Shown in pieces: positions 1-9,637 of a DNA stretch of 64,000 nucleotides. This DNA comes from an uncultured Acidobacteriota bacterium (GTDB lineage: Bacteria > Acidobacteriota > Thermoanaerobaculia > Gp7-AA8), in the NCBI GenBank assembly GCA_963741955.1, contig CAVUKB010000007.1:416001-480000 (forward strand). Reading direction: 5' to 3'. The notes under the pieces were generated by a model. That model had not been told where the DNA came from, ran no database searches, and saw only the letters and a list, made by a program, of their open reading frames with translations. The position numbers and the translations under genes were made by a program. The stretch's first letter is position 1; every line of letters starts with the position of its first letter.

Positions 1-1305
1 CACCGTCTGCGGGATCGGTTTCCATGCGACTCCGGTGGTGAGGGTGGTGACTTCGTTCTCCGGGTCGCGGACGAAGCCGGTGGGAACGCTCTTCTGGGTG
101 TCGTAACTCTCGTAACGCACGTACGGGGTCACTGAATGAGCACCGAGAGAAAGAACGCTCGCGAGATCGAAGCCTGCTTCCGCGTACCATCCGCCGAACG
201 TCTTTCCGATCGATTCTTCGCCGGTGAATCCGTTCGCGAGGTTCACCTGTGCGGCATCGCCGACCGATCCGGATGCCCAGAGCGCGCGGAGAGAGACGCC
301 GCGGAGCCGCGCGCCTGCATGGAGCTCGCCGAGCGTGACCGGTGCGTCGAACGGTTCTCCCGACGGGGTCGTGCGTCCCTGAGCCGAGTTGCCCGAGTAG
401 ATGGAGCCGCCGAATATCATCCCTTCCACGGGGCTGTAGTCGAGGCGTCCCACCAGAGCGAAGTCCTCAGCATGTGCGACCGACCCATGCTGTCGCCCTT
501 CCCGGATTCCGTGTGCGGAGAAGTCCTCGGAATCGAGGCCGGATACGAGATATGCACGGTAGGAGATGTTGCCGGTCTCGCCGAAGAGTCCCGCTCCGAT
601 CTCGCTCCAGGTGGTCGGAATGATCACCTGTTCCACGTCGGGGCGCTTCGCTCCGAGATACGCGGTCGGCTCGTGGAGCTCGTTGATCAGTCCGACCGGC
701 ATGAGCATCATTCCGGCCCGGACGTTGAGTGCGGGGCGGGAGAGAAAGTCGAGATACCCGAACTCCATCTCCACCGCGCCGGCCTTCTCGGTGTTCGCGT
801 GCTCGACTTCGAGCTCGGAATTGAAGAGAACCTTGTCGTTGAACTTGTATCCGGTGTAGAGAACCGCGCGGAGGTAATCGATCGAATCGCGGTGTGAATT
901 CTCCTCTTCTTCTTCCTCCGCTGCGCGCAACGAATCCGTTTCCGCCTCTGCGGAGCTCGAGCTGAAGTTCTGGTACAGCATCTCGCCGTATCCTCCGAAA
1001 GAGACGCCGGGCGAGCTGCGGTAGACCTTCGACGCGGCGGCTCCGAGGCCGTGCTGTTGCGTCTCTGCTTCAGGAACCTTGCGCTCCACCTTCATCGACT
1101 CGATCTCTTCGGTCAGGATCTCGATCTGGCGCTGAATCTCTTTGATCTCCGCCGACTCCGGCTGCTGTTGCGACAGCTGCTGAATTCTGCTTTCGAGCGC
1201 TGTGATCCGAGCTTCCAGATCGTCGATCTTCTTCTGTTCCTGGGCGGCGAGAGGGAAAGCAAACAGAATTGCGAAAACAATGGTGAAGAAGAGGCCTGAC
1301 TTCAT
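1..1305 (-). CDS. Outer-membrane porin-like protein with signal peptide and N-terminal coiled coil (3' end runs off the window)
   Basis: Not in the ORF track. Manual translation from ATG at 1305: MKSGLFFTIVFAILFAFPLAAQEQKKIDDLEARITALE...FGGYGEMLY...YTGYKFNDKVLFNSELEVEH...EFGYLDF...GVAWKPIPQTV; beta-barrel-like pattern. Confidence 0.75.
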   Translation of the reverse strand, partial: MKSGLFFTIVFAILFAFPLAAQEQKKIDDLEARITALESRIQQLSQQQPESAEIKEIQRQIEILTEEIESMKVERKVPEAETQQHGLGAAASKVYRSSPGVSFGGYGEMLYQNFSSSSAEAETDSLRAAEEEEEENSHRDSIDYLRAVLYTGYKFNDKVLFNSELEVEHANTEKAGAVEMEFGYLDFLSRPALNVRAGMMLMPVGLINELHEPTAYLGAKRPDVEQVIIPTTWSEIGAGLFGETGNISYRAYLVSGLDSEDFSAHGIREGRQHGSVAHAEDFALVGRLDYSPVEGMIFGGSIYSGNSAQGRTTPSGEPFDAPVTLGELHAGARLRGVSLRALWASGSVGDAAQVNLANGFTGEESIGKTFGGWYAEAGFDLASVLSLGAHSVTPYVRYESYDTQKSVPTGFVRDPENEVTTLTTGVAWKPIPQTV

Positions 1306-1315
1306 CGAATGATCC

Positions 1316-2428
1316 TCATTTCCTTTGTGATGCGATCTCTTCCAGATCGAATTGCCTGCGGAACGCGAACGTGGCCCGGATTGCGTGATTCCTGCTCGAC
1401 GGGAGGATGTAGACCGCGGCGATTCCGTGACGGTCTGCCCAATCGACTCCGTCGTCGGGACCCATGACGTAGAGAGCAGTGGAGAGGATGTCGGCGAGAA
1501 GCGGATCGTCATTGATGACCGAAACGGATCCGCGCGGCGGGAGAGCGTCACCGGTGCGTGGATCGATGATGTGGGTGAACCGCTTTCCGTCCACCTCGAA
1601 CGTCTGTTCACTGCCGGAGCTCGTCGCGATCGAGCCGTGGTCCATGCGCACGACCGCAAACGGAGCCTGGCGTGCCTCGGGATCGGCGATGGCGATCTCG
1701 ACCGGCTCATGGAATCCGAAAAGCGCGACCTGACCCCCGAAGTCGATCACCGCGTGGGGAACATTCCGAGAGCGGAGGACGTCGAGCGCCCGGCCGATTG
1801 CGTATCCCTTTCCGAAGCCTCCTTCTTCGATCACCGCGCCGCGGTGGCGCGTGATGGTCCCCTCGAGCCATCCGATCTCCACGTTCGTCGGATCGACCCT
1901 GACGAGAGCGCGACGGATTGCCTCCCGACCGGGGAAGGACCCTTCTTCGCGGGTCTTCCAGAGCCGGACCAGTGGACCGACGAGCGGGTTGAACGCCCCG
2001 CCTGTTTCGCCGGTCCAGTGAAATGCAGTCCGAAGGAGTGTGAGGAGCTCCGAGCGAACCGGAACCGGAGCATCCAGCGGAGCGCGATTGATTCGCGAGA
2101 GCTCGCTGTCGTCCCGCCAGGTCGAGAGAAACGTTTCGATCCGTGCGATCTCGTCGAAAGCAGGCTCGATGCTCTTCTCCTGGCCGGCGGGTACGGTAAT
2201 CCGGCAGATGGTCCCCATCAGGAATCTGGCGTGGGTGACGGAATCGGTGACAGGAGTCGAACCAGCTGCTCTTCCGCCACCGGACCGCTGCGGTGAGGAC
2301 GTTCCGGAGGGAGCCGCGAAGACATTGGGAGCCAGGAAGAGCAAGCAGACCGCGATCGCTATTTGAGACAACGTCTCAAAATTACGAAAGACACGCGTTC
2401 GCCTGGATCGAGTACCGGATGAGATCAC
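1316..2428 (-). CDS. apbE: FAD:protein FMN transferase (ApbE family)
   Basis: MGT..I, DSELSRIN, GGFGKGY, ATSSGSE, HIIDPRTG, ADILSTAL motifs. Confidence 0.92.
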   Translation of the reverse strand: MISSGTRSRRTRVFRNFETLSQIAIAVCLLFLAPNVFAAPSGTSSPQRSGGGRAAGSTPVTDSVTHARFLMGTICRITVPAGQEKSIEPAFDEIARIETFLSTWRDDSELSRINRAPLDAPVPVRSELLTLLRTAFHWTGETGGAFNPLVGPLVRLWKTREEGSFPGREAIRRALVRVDPTNVEIGWLEGTITRHRGAVIEEGGFGKGYAIGRALDVLRSRNVPHAVIDFGGQVALFGFHEPVEIAIADPEARQAPFAVVRMDHGSIATSSGSEQTFEVDGKRFTHIIDPRTGDALPPRGSVSVINDDPLLADILSTALYVMGPDDGVDWADRHGIAAVYILPSSRNHAIRATFAFRRQFDLEEIASQRK

Positions 2429-3090
2429 TGCGGCCTGACCTCCGGGCGAACGAAGATCTCGTTCGCGATCTCTTCCTCCACCGCGATCGATGTTTCACCG
2501 CACGCAATGACGATGGAGGGACGCCGCTGCATCAGGCGGACCGTCGTTCCCGGAATGACGCCCAGCATCGCGAGCCGGTTGAGCCGCGAGCTCGAGCGCG
2601 GTGTGATGAAGACGATCTTGCCACTGCCGCCGACCGGAAGATCGTACAGACGGGTGATGAGCGGCTCGACCTTGCGGTCGAACTTCCTGCAGCAGAGTCC
2701 CTGAGGAATCGGTTTCCCATGCGGACATTTCGGAGGATGGCCGAGGAACGTGCAGACCCGGTCGACGACCCGCTCGGAGAGCATGTGCTCGAACTCGCAC
2801 GCCGAGGCTTCCGCCTCGTACATGTCGGCCTCCAGCACCTCGGTGAAGAGAATCTCGGCCAGACGGTGCCGCCGGACGATGCCGCGGGCGCGTTCTTCAC
2901 CCACGGGGAGAAGCTCGATGAGCGGATGGAGCCGTACGGCATTGGCGGCGGTCAACTCGGCCAGAGCCGCGTCGAGATTCACCTGAGCGACCTGGACCCG
3001 CAGATCCTCCGCTCTTTCCACCGGGCGGCCCGATTCGCGGAGATACCAGAGTCTTTCGAGAACTTCGTCCGTGACTGGATGTTCGATCAT
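2425..3090 (-). CDS. DtxR/MntR-like metal-dependent regulator with C-terminal FeoA (SH3) domain
   Basis: C-terminal 221 aa of ORF 2425..4518 (MIEHPV...): RRHRLAE, ACEFEH, CPHGKPIP, then FeoA motif RLAMLGVIPGTTV. Confidence 0.88.
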   Translation of the reverse strand: MIEHPVTDEVLERLWYLRESGRPVERAEDLRVQVAQVNLDAALAELTAANAVRLHPLIELLPVGEERARGIVRRHRLAEILFTEVLEADMYEAEASACEFEHMLSERVVDRVCTFLGHPPKCPHGKPIPQGLCCRKFDRKVEPLITRLYDLPVGGSGKIVFITPRSSSRLNRLAMLGVIPGTTVRLMQRRPSIVIACGETSIAVEEEIANEIFVRPEVRPQ

Positions 3091-3287
3091 GAGGCCTTGG
3101 CTTCCTTGCGGAGTTTCCTGAACAGGCCACGGAAGATGTCGACCACTGCGCTGTCTTCCACGAATTCGTAATTGCAGCGCGGGCACTTCACCATCCGGCA
3201 GCCGTGCGACATCGGGCAGCTGGAGTGGCAGTTCGCGCCGAAGAATTCGTTCGAGCAGAGGGGGCAGGTGTAGATCTTGTCGTCCAT
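3087..3287 (-). CDS. Small Cys-rich protein downstream of feoB
   Basis: 66 aa with CPLC, C, C, C, CPRC; packed between feoB and the DtxR gene with a 4-nt overlap. Confidence 0.8.
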   Translation of the reverse strand: MDDKIYTCPLCSNEFFGANCHSSCPMSHGCRMVKCPRCNYEFVEDSAVVDIFRGLFRKLRKEAKAS

Positions 3288-3299
3288 CGCAGCCGGTTC

Positions 3300-5363
3300 C
3301 TACGCGAGGTTCACGTGAAGACGGGTGAGCACTTCGTACAGGATCCAGCCGATGCCGAACGCGTACGGAATGATGAATGCGGTCATGTAGAGCGCGCTTC
3401 GGACGCCGCGCTCCTTGATCATCACGAAGAAGTTCGCGATGCAGGGAATGAAGAGCGTGATCACCGAGAGTGAGACCACGGTCTGGATCGGATCGAGCTG
3501 ACCTTGCCGCTGCAGCATGAAGAGTCCGGCGGCACCGTAATCGCGACGGAGAAATCCGACCAGGAAGGCGTTCGACGCTTCGATCGGCAGGTGGAGTACT
3601 CCGACGATCAGCGGGGAGATCGCCTTCTGGAAGATCACCAGCGTTCCGGTCAGATCGGCCACGTAGAGAATGAGCGTTCCGATGACGAAGAGAGGGACCG
3701 CCTCCTTCAGATACCACTCCATCCGCGCGACGACCTTGATCAGGATGTTGCCCAGCTTCGGGCGACGGATCGGAGGCAGCTCGAGGAGAAAATCGGAGCG
3801 ATCTCCCTTGATGATCTTGGAGGAGAGAAAACCGACCAGGAAAATGGTTCCCCCGACCACCGACAACCAGACCAGAGTCGCGGTGAAATTCAAGGCGCCG
3901 AGCATGGCCATGATCACCCCGAGCTGGGCAGAACATGGAACGCCCAGAGCCAGAAGAAGAGTCACGATGACGCGTTCTTTCCTGGTCTCGAGAATTCGAG
4001 TGGTGAGCGTCGCCATGGTGTCGCAGCCGAGTCCGAGCACCATCGGAAGGACGGCCTTGCCGTTCAGTCCCATCGCGCGGAAGATCCGGTTGATCATCAC
4101 CGCGAGCCGCGGGAGATATCCCGAATCCTCCAGGATCCCGAAGAAGATGAAGAACGTACCGACCACCGGCAGCACGATGGCAATCGCATAAGTCAGAGCC
4201 ATCGTGACCACGCCGTACGGCCCGACGATCAGATCGTGAAGGAACCGGGCAACGGTATGCCAGCCGGAGACGCTCCCGGTGAGCGTGTACTGCGCGGTGA
4301 TGACTCCGTCGACGATCAGGTGATGGTGCGGAAACCGGAAGATCGCATCCAGGCCGTGAATCAGCCACGGATTCAGGAATCCGTTGAAGACGGTGTTTTC
4401 GAGAAAATCGACCAGGGTGCCGGCGCCGATCTTTCCGACGAAGAACCAGGCGAAGAAGAGGACGAGCCCGAGGAAGGGAAGGCCCCAGATGCGGTGCATG
4501 GTGATCCCGCCGAGCCATGCCCTCACGCCGCTGTTCTCCTCGGCTGCGGCGGTGAAGACTTCCTGGAGAATACGGTCGACCACGGCGAGCCGGTTCCTGC
4601 TGATCCGGTAGGCGAGCGGCTCCGCGAGACCTTTCTGCGTCTCTTCACGCACCAGGTCGAAGTAGCTCAGCGTATCCGGCGTCACCCGCTCGGAGAGGAA
4701 GTCGGTAAGGGTATCGTCGCCTGCGAGAATGGCCACCGCCACCGCACGCTTCTCTCGCCCCATCGTCTCGGGCAGGCGGTCGACGATGCGGGCGATGCCC
4801 TCCTCGAGATCGTCGTCGTAGTCGATGCGGTAGCTGGACTGTCGTGGTGAGAGTGCCTCGCGACGGAGCCGCTCGACGCCCCAGCGACGGATCGCCGAGG
4901 TCTCGATCACGGAGACGCCCAGAATCTCGGAGAGGAGCTCGATCTTCGTGGAGATGCCGCGCTCGCGTGCCTCGTCGACCATATTCAGACAGAGGGTGAA
5001 AGGGACGCCCCATTCGGCGATCTGAATGGTGAGAAGGAGTGTCCGGCGCAGGTTCTTCATGTCTCCGACGTGGATCACGTCCGCATCGGCCGCATCCAGG
5101 AGAACGTCCCGGGTGACTCTTTCGTCCTCCGACTGCGGAATCAGGGAGTTCGTTCCGGGGGTGTCGATGACCTCCCGTTGTTCCGATCCGAACGTCGCAG
5201 TGCCACGCGTGATCTCCACCGTGGTGCCGGGATAATTCGAGACGGTCACGTATTTGCCGGTGAGCGCCCCGAAGATCACGGACTTGCCGACATTGGGGTT
5301 TCCCACCAGCACCAGGCGGCGTCGTGAGGGAGCGGGCGTTTCGAGAATCGGTTCGGCGGTCAT
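3300..5363 (-). CDS. feoB: Ferrous iron transporter FeoB
   Basis: GNPNVGKS, NYPGTTV, DTPG, NMVD, EDSGYLPR, GLGC, PCSAQ. Confidence 0.97.
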   Translation of the reverse strand: MTAEPILETPAPSRRRLVLVGNPNVGKSVIFGALTGKYVTVSNYPGTTVEITRGTATFGSEQREVIDTPGTNSLIPQSEDERVTRDVLLDAADADVIHVGDMKNLRRTLLLTIQIAEWGVPFTLCLNMVDEARERGISTKIELLSEILGVSVIETSAIRRWGVERLRREALSPRQSSYRIDYDDDLEEGIARIVDRLPETMGREKRAVAVAILAGDDTLTDFLSERVTPDTLSYFDLVREETQKGLAEPLAYRISRNRLAVVDRILQEVFTAAAEENSGVRAWLGGITMHRIWGLPFLGLVLFFAWFFVGKIGAGTLVDFLENTVFNGFLNPWLIHGLDAIFRFPHHHLIVDGVITAQYTLTGSVSGWHTVARFLHDLIVGPYGVVTMALTYAIAIVLPVVGTFFIFFGILEDSGYLPRLAVMINRIFRAMGLNGKAVLPMVLGLGCDTMATLTTRILETRKERVIVTLLLALGVPCSAQLGVIMAMLGALNFTATLVWLSVVGGTIFLVGFLSSKIIKGDRSDFLLELPPIRRPKLGNILIKVVARMEWYLKEAVPLFVIGTLILYVADLTGTLVIFQKAISPLIVGVLHLPIEASNAFLVGFLRRDYGAAGLFMLQRQGQLDPIQTVVSLSVITLFIPCIANFFVMIKERGVRSALYMTAFIIPYAFGIGWILYEVLTRLHVNLA

Positions 5364-5872
5364 TTACGAAGACTCTTTTCGTTGATCTGGATCATCTTGA
5401 CGCGGTCGGGAGAGTCGGGCTGCTCTCCTTTCTTCCGGCACGCGTCGCAAATCCCGAGGATCTGAAGGTTGAGAAACGTCGGAGTGAACTTGCGACGGGC
5501 ACAAATCTCCCGCTGCCGTTGCTGGAGCTCAGCATCGTGGAACTCGAGCACTCCTCCGCAGGCGGTGCAGACGAGGTGATCGTGATGCGAGTTCGACGAG
5601 ACGTGCTCGTAGTGGTAGTGGTCTTCTCCCAGATGCACCCGCCGCACGAGTCCGGAGCGGACCAGAAGGTCGAGCGTCCGGTAGACCGTGGCCCGGGAGA
5701 TCTTCAGGCCCTTTTCCTTCATCCGGAAGAGGAGCTCGTCCGCTTCGAAGTGGTAGTGAGCGGAAAAGATCTCCTCGATCAGCGCGGTGCGCTCGGCGGT
5801 GAGCTTCAGACCGTTCTCGGCCAGAAAGCTCTGGAACCGGGTCATTTCGCGCTTCAGTGTCGTATCCGGCAT
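5360..5872 (-). CDS. fur: Fur-family transcriptional repressor
   Basis: SRATVYRTL, HHDHLVCTACG, CDAC. Confidence 0.92.
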   Translation of the reverse strand: MPDTTLKREMTRFQSFLAENGLKLTAERTALIEEIFSAHYHFEADELLFRMKEKGLKISRATVYRTLDLLVRSGLVRRVHLGEDHYHYEHVSSNSHHDHLVCTACGGVLEFHDAELQQRQREICARRKFTPTFLNLQILGICDACRKKGEQPDSPDRVKMIQINEKSLRK

Positions 5873-5890
5873 GTTCGGCGATCCCCAATG

Positions 5891-5907
5891 TTGAGACTGA
5901 GTCTCAA
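5891..5907. promoter_or_regulatory. Putative Fur-family operator, 8-1-8 palindrome TTGAGACT-G-AGTCTCAA
   Basis: Perfect inverted repeat 18 bp upstream of the fur start; resembles TGAGAAT-N-ATTCTCA type Fur boxes. Confidence 0.7.
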
Positions 5908-5958
5908 TTGCTGATGGAAAGTTTATGCCCGGTCCATGGTGCTGTCAAATGACTTACG

Positions 5959-7080
5959 TCACACCCCTCGTGTGACCTGTGTGTAGAGCTCGACGTAGCG
6001 CGGGACGATCCGGTCCATCCCGAACCGCTCGATCGCGTCCGACCGGCCGGCCCGCCCCATCCGCGTCCGGAGCTCCTCATCCCGGAGAATCTCGGTTGCC
6101 CTCTCGGCCATTCCCGCCACATCGCCCACCGGGCGCAGGTACCCCGTCTCCCCTTCGGTGACCACCTCCGGAAGACCGCCGCTCCGGGTCGCGATCACCG
6201 GCACTTCCGACGCCATCGCTTCGAGTGCCGCCATCCCGAACGACTCGTGCTCGGAAGGGAGCAGCAGGAGATCGCAGCTTCCGATCACCGACTCCACCTC
6301 CGGGAACTGGCCGAGGAAGTAGACCTCGTGAATCAGACCGAGCTCACGACAGAGCGCTTCGGCCTTCGATCGCTCCGGCCCGTCTCCGACCATGATCAGG
6401 CGGCTCGGCACCTCCTCCCGTACCCGGCGGAACACTTCGATCACGTCGAGTACGCGTTTCACCGGGCGGAAGTTCGAGACGTGGCAGATCAGCTTCTTCT
6501 GGGAGTGCGCGAACATCTCGAACGGAAGGTGATTGCGGCGGAACCGTTCCGGATCGACGAAGTTCGGGATCACGTGAATCTCGTTGGAGGTGTGGAAGTC
6601 GCGGATCGTCTCGTCGCGCAGCCATCCGGAGACCGCAGTCACTGCATCCGACGATTCGATTCCGAAGCGGGTGATCGGGAGATAGCTCGCATCGCGACCG
6701 ACCAGGGTGATGTCCGTTCCATGCAGCGTGGTGACCACCTTCAGCTTCTGCTCGCCGAGAATCTGTCGCGCGAGGTGGGCGCTGATGGCGTGCGGAATGG
6801 CGTAATGGACGTGCAGAACGTCGAGCCCTTCGTACTCCGCGACTTCGGCCATCTTCGTGGCGAGTGCGAGTGTGTAGGGAGGAAAGTCGCCGAAGAGCGG
6901 ATACGGTGTCACGCTGACTTCGTGGAAGTGGAGACGCTCGTGCAGCAGATGAAGACGCGACGGAAGCGCATAGCTGATGAAGTGCACTTCGTTTCCGAGG
7001 TTTGCCAGTGCGATTCCGAGCTCGGTCGCGACGACGCCCGAGCCGCCGAACGTCGGATAGCAGGTGATCCCGATCCTCAC
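5959..7080 (-). CDS. bshA: N-acetyl-alpha-D-glucosaminyl L-malate synthase BshA
   Basis: GTG start, RIGITCYPTFGGSGVVATELG, HVHYAIPHA, TTLHGTDIT, HVSNFRPVKR, ESFGMAALEA. Confidence 0.95.
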   Translation of the reverse strand: MRIGITCYPTFGGSGVVATELGIALANLGNEVHFISYALPSRLHLLHERLHFHEVSVTPYPLFGDFPPYTLALATKMAEVAEYEGLDVLHVHYAIPHAISAHLARQILGEQKLKVVTTLHGTDITLVGRDASYLPITRFGIESSDAVTAVSGWLRDETIRDFHTSNEIHVIPNFVDPERFRRNHLPFEMFAHSQKKLICHVSNFRPVKRVLDVIEVFRRVREEVPSRLIMVGDGPERSKAEALCRELGLIHEVYFLGQFPEVESVIGSCDLLLLPSEHESFGMAALEAMASEVPVIATRSGGLPEVVTEGETGYLRPVGDVAGMAERATEILRDEELRTRMGRAGRSDAIERFGMDRIVPRYVELYTQVTRGV

Positions 7081-7805
7081 GAGAGCTCCCGGCCGCGATA
7101 CGCTGCGATGACGTCGTCGATCCGCGGTGGCTGCTTGGTCACGAATGCCTCGCCGAGCTTCGCGCCGGCGAGCGTTCCGAAGTGCCGCGCCCGTGCCTCG
7201 ATCATGTCGATGAACGACCTCTGCGAGATCCAGGTCTCGGGCTCGTTCGAGGCGGGATTGTAGAACTGCGATCTGAACGCGGCGAGCGCCTCCATCTTCT
7301 TCGGAAATGCCGCCGTCACGTCGACTACGAACGTCGGATGCTGGATGTAATTCTGCGGGTAGTAGATCACCACCTGCGGCCGATGGGGCGCCTGACCCGT
7401 ATCGATCTTCGCGAGGCCCGAATAGAACCAGGCGTCCGTGACCAGCTGTCCGGTGCGGCCGTGATCGGGATGCCGATCGTCGGGCCACGGCGCGTAGATC
7501 ACCGCGGGCCGTCTGGAGCGGAGGATCCGGATGATCTCGATCTCCTCCTCCCGTCCGTGCCGGAGATTGCCGTCGCCGAAATCGAGGGTCTCGCGGAATG
7601 ATGCGCCGAGAATCGCTGCCGACTCGAGCGACTCCTCGCGCCGCTGTTCCGGAGTTCCTCGGGTTCCCATCTCCGCCCGGGTCAGGTCGACGATTCCGAC
7701 TTTCGACCCGCGCCCGACCATGGTCACGATGGTTCCCCCGCAGCCGATCTCGACGTCGTCGGCGTGGGCGCCGAAGAAAATCATGTCGACGTTTTCGGTT
7801 GTCAT
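7077..7805 (-). CDS. bshB1: Bacillithiol biosynthesis deacetylase BshB1
   Basis: GAHADDVEIGCGG, DRHPDH; next to bshA. Confidence 0.92.
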   Translation of the reverse strand: MTTENVDMIFFGAHADDVEIGCGGTIVTMVGRGSKVGIVDLTRAEMGTRGTPEQRREESLESAAILGASFRETLDFGDGNLRHGREEEIEIIRILRSRRPAVIYAPWPDDRHPDHGRTGQLVTDAWFYSGLAKIDTGQAPHRPQVVIYYPQNYIQHPTFVVDVTAAFPKKMEALAAFRSQFYNPASNEPETWISQRSFIDMIEARARHFGTLAGAKLGEAFVTKQPPRIDDVIAAYRGRELS

Positions 7806-7869
7806 GTCACCTCGCCAGGATCTGTGCTCTGCCCGAACGGGCAACGGGGAGAGTACCACCGGGGAGGGG

Positions 7870-7998
7870 CGAGGATCGAGGATCTGAAAGGCATCGAGGA
7901 TCGAGGATCTGAAAGACATCGAGGATCGAGGATTGAGGATCGAGGATCTGAAAGACATCGAGGATTGAGGATCGAGGATTGAGGAACGAGGGTCGAGG
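7870..7998 (+). repeat. Heptamer tandem array (GAGGATC/GAGGATT) interrupted three times by TGAAAG(G/A)CATC
   Basis: Seen directly between bshC and bshB1. Confidence 0.9.
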
Positions 7999-8071
7999 GG
8001 GAGGACGTCACCATCCCGGCTCCGGATCGGACGTAAAGGAGGCTTCCGGTTGCTCGAGCCCGGGCGAAGGA

Positions 8072-9637
8072 TCACAACCCGATCACCGTCACCCGATCCG
8101 AATCGGCGGCAGCGACCGCGCGCATGCGCCGCACCAGCTCGGAGCCGAAGCGGTCCCACCACGTGATCCAGGCCGCGACGCGATCCTGCGGCTGCCCGAG
8201 TGGATTGAGAGCTCCGGTGATTTTCTGAATGGCGCGGAGCCGCTCGACGTCGCGTCTGCCGAGCGCACGTTCGCCCCGTTCCCCGAGCCTTTGGAGTTGA
8301 TAGCGGATCTTCCGCAGCGATCGGGTGACGGGCCGGTCGAGGGAGCCATCGGAACGGCGGACGGCATCCGCTAGCGGCTCGAGCTCGGCGAGAAAAGCAC
8401 GTCGCGCCCTCTCGATCGATACCTCGAGCTCCCGCCGCGCCGGCTCTTCCCGGCGTGCGAGGATCGAATCGACAGGATCGAAGACCTCACTCATGCCGAG
8501 CCCCCAGCGGTCGATCTTCCGCAGAATCTTCGACGACGCGAGGAGGACGTGTCCCCGGAGCGCGACCGCCGGACGAGGGATCTCGCATATTTCGTGGATC
8601 ACCGACGACTGCGCGTAATAGGAGACTTCGGCCGGGCCTCCGACGAAGAGCTGCGGGTGAAGAACGAGATCCTGCAGAGCTGGGCGGGTGAGGGCGGAGG
8701 TGGAGACGGACTCCGGAGCGTCGTGAATGATGGCGAGGAGCTCCTCGGCGGAGCTCTTTCTTCCCGCCAGAGTCCAGACCTGACCCTTTTTCGCGATGGG
8801 GAGCCGGACGCCCTCGCGCGTGAGATAGAGGAGCGTGTAGGTTCCGTCTTCGTCCGCCACGATCTGCGGCGGGTACCCCGCGGATTCGATCGCGGCGCGA
8901 CGCTCTCTCAGACCTTCCTGGACGGCATCCCACTCCCGGACGATCTTTTCGAACAGAGGAGCGCCGGCGCGGCGGAGCTCGGGAAGGAGAGCGTCCACCA
9001 GCACGACCTCTCCCGGCACCACCGAGGCGATCAGGCGTGCGAACGAATCGCGAAAGCTGATCCCCGGACGGAGGAACTCGCCGTCGATTCCGCTCCGCTC
9101 GATGAACGCGCGCCGGAGTGATTCCGGGAGTGCGATCTCTCCGACCATCCGGCGGGTGAGCGGTCGCTCGGCTGCGCGGAGCGTCACCGCGCCGTCCTGT
9201 GAATCGATGGTGATCGTCGCCACCTCGTCGTAGTCGTGGTCTTCCGTCGCGAGCCAGAAGAAGATGGTGCTCTCCACTCCCTTCGCCGCGAGCTCGTCCT
9301 TCGCGTGAAGAAGCGAGGCGATCTTGGCCAGGGTGTAGAGCGGCCCTCCCGCGAATCCGGTCTGCTGTCCCGCGATCAGCGCGACGCTGCGCCCTTCGGC
9401 CCATCGATCCAGCGAGCCACCGACGTCGTTTCCCCATCCGCGATTCTGCTCGTTCAGAGCGGCAACGAGCGCGGAGTCGCGAACGACATCTGCCGGTGAG
9501 AGTGCGCCATCCGGAGGGGTGACGAAACGCGTCGCTGCAGGAGCCCGACGCACCAGATCGAGAGCGAACCGGCTGATCCCCGGGTACTCGCCGAGGGCAA
9601 AGCTGCGACAGTCGGCAGGCGTTTCCGTCGAGGTCAT
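8072..9637 (-). CDS. bshC: Bacillithiol biosynthesis cysteine-adding enzyme BshC
   Basis: AGQQTGFAGGPLYTLAK, FWLATEDHDYDE, GGPAEVSYYAQ, PQDR. Confidence 0.93.
   Translation of the reverse strand: MTSTETPADCRSFALGEYPGISRFALDLVRRAPAATRFVTPPDGALSPADVVRDSALVAALNEQNRGWGNDVGGSLDRWAEGRSVALIAGQQTGFAGGPLYTLAKIASLLHAKDELAAKGVESTIFFWLATEDHDYDEVATITIDSQDGAVTLRAAERPLTRRMVGEIALPESLRRAFIERSGIDGEFLRPGISFRDSFARLIASVVPGEVVLVDALLPELRRAGAPLFEKIVREWDAVQEGLRERRAAIESAGYPPQIVADEDGTYTLLYLTREGVRLPIAKKGQVWTLAGRKSSAEELLAIIHDAPESVSTSALTRPALQDLVLHPQLFVGGPAEVSYYAQSSVIHEICEIPRPAVALRGHVLLASSKILRKIDRWGLGMSEVFDPVDSILARREEPARRELEVSIERARRAFLAELEPLADAVRRSDGSLDRPVTRSLRKIRYQLQRLGERGERALGRRDVERLRAIQKITGALNPLGQPQDRVAAWITWWDRFGSELVRRMRAVAAADSDRVTVIGL

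Noticed and set aside
2425-4518. 697-aa ORF as a giant DtxR fusion
   Set aside because: The upstream 476 codons overlap feoB in another frame; the real start is at 3090.
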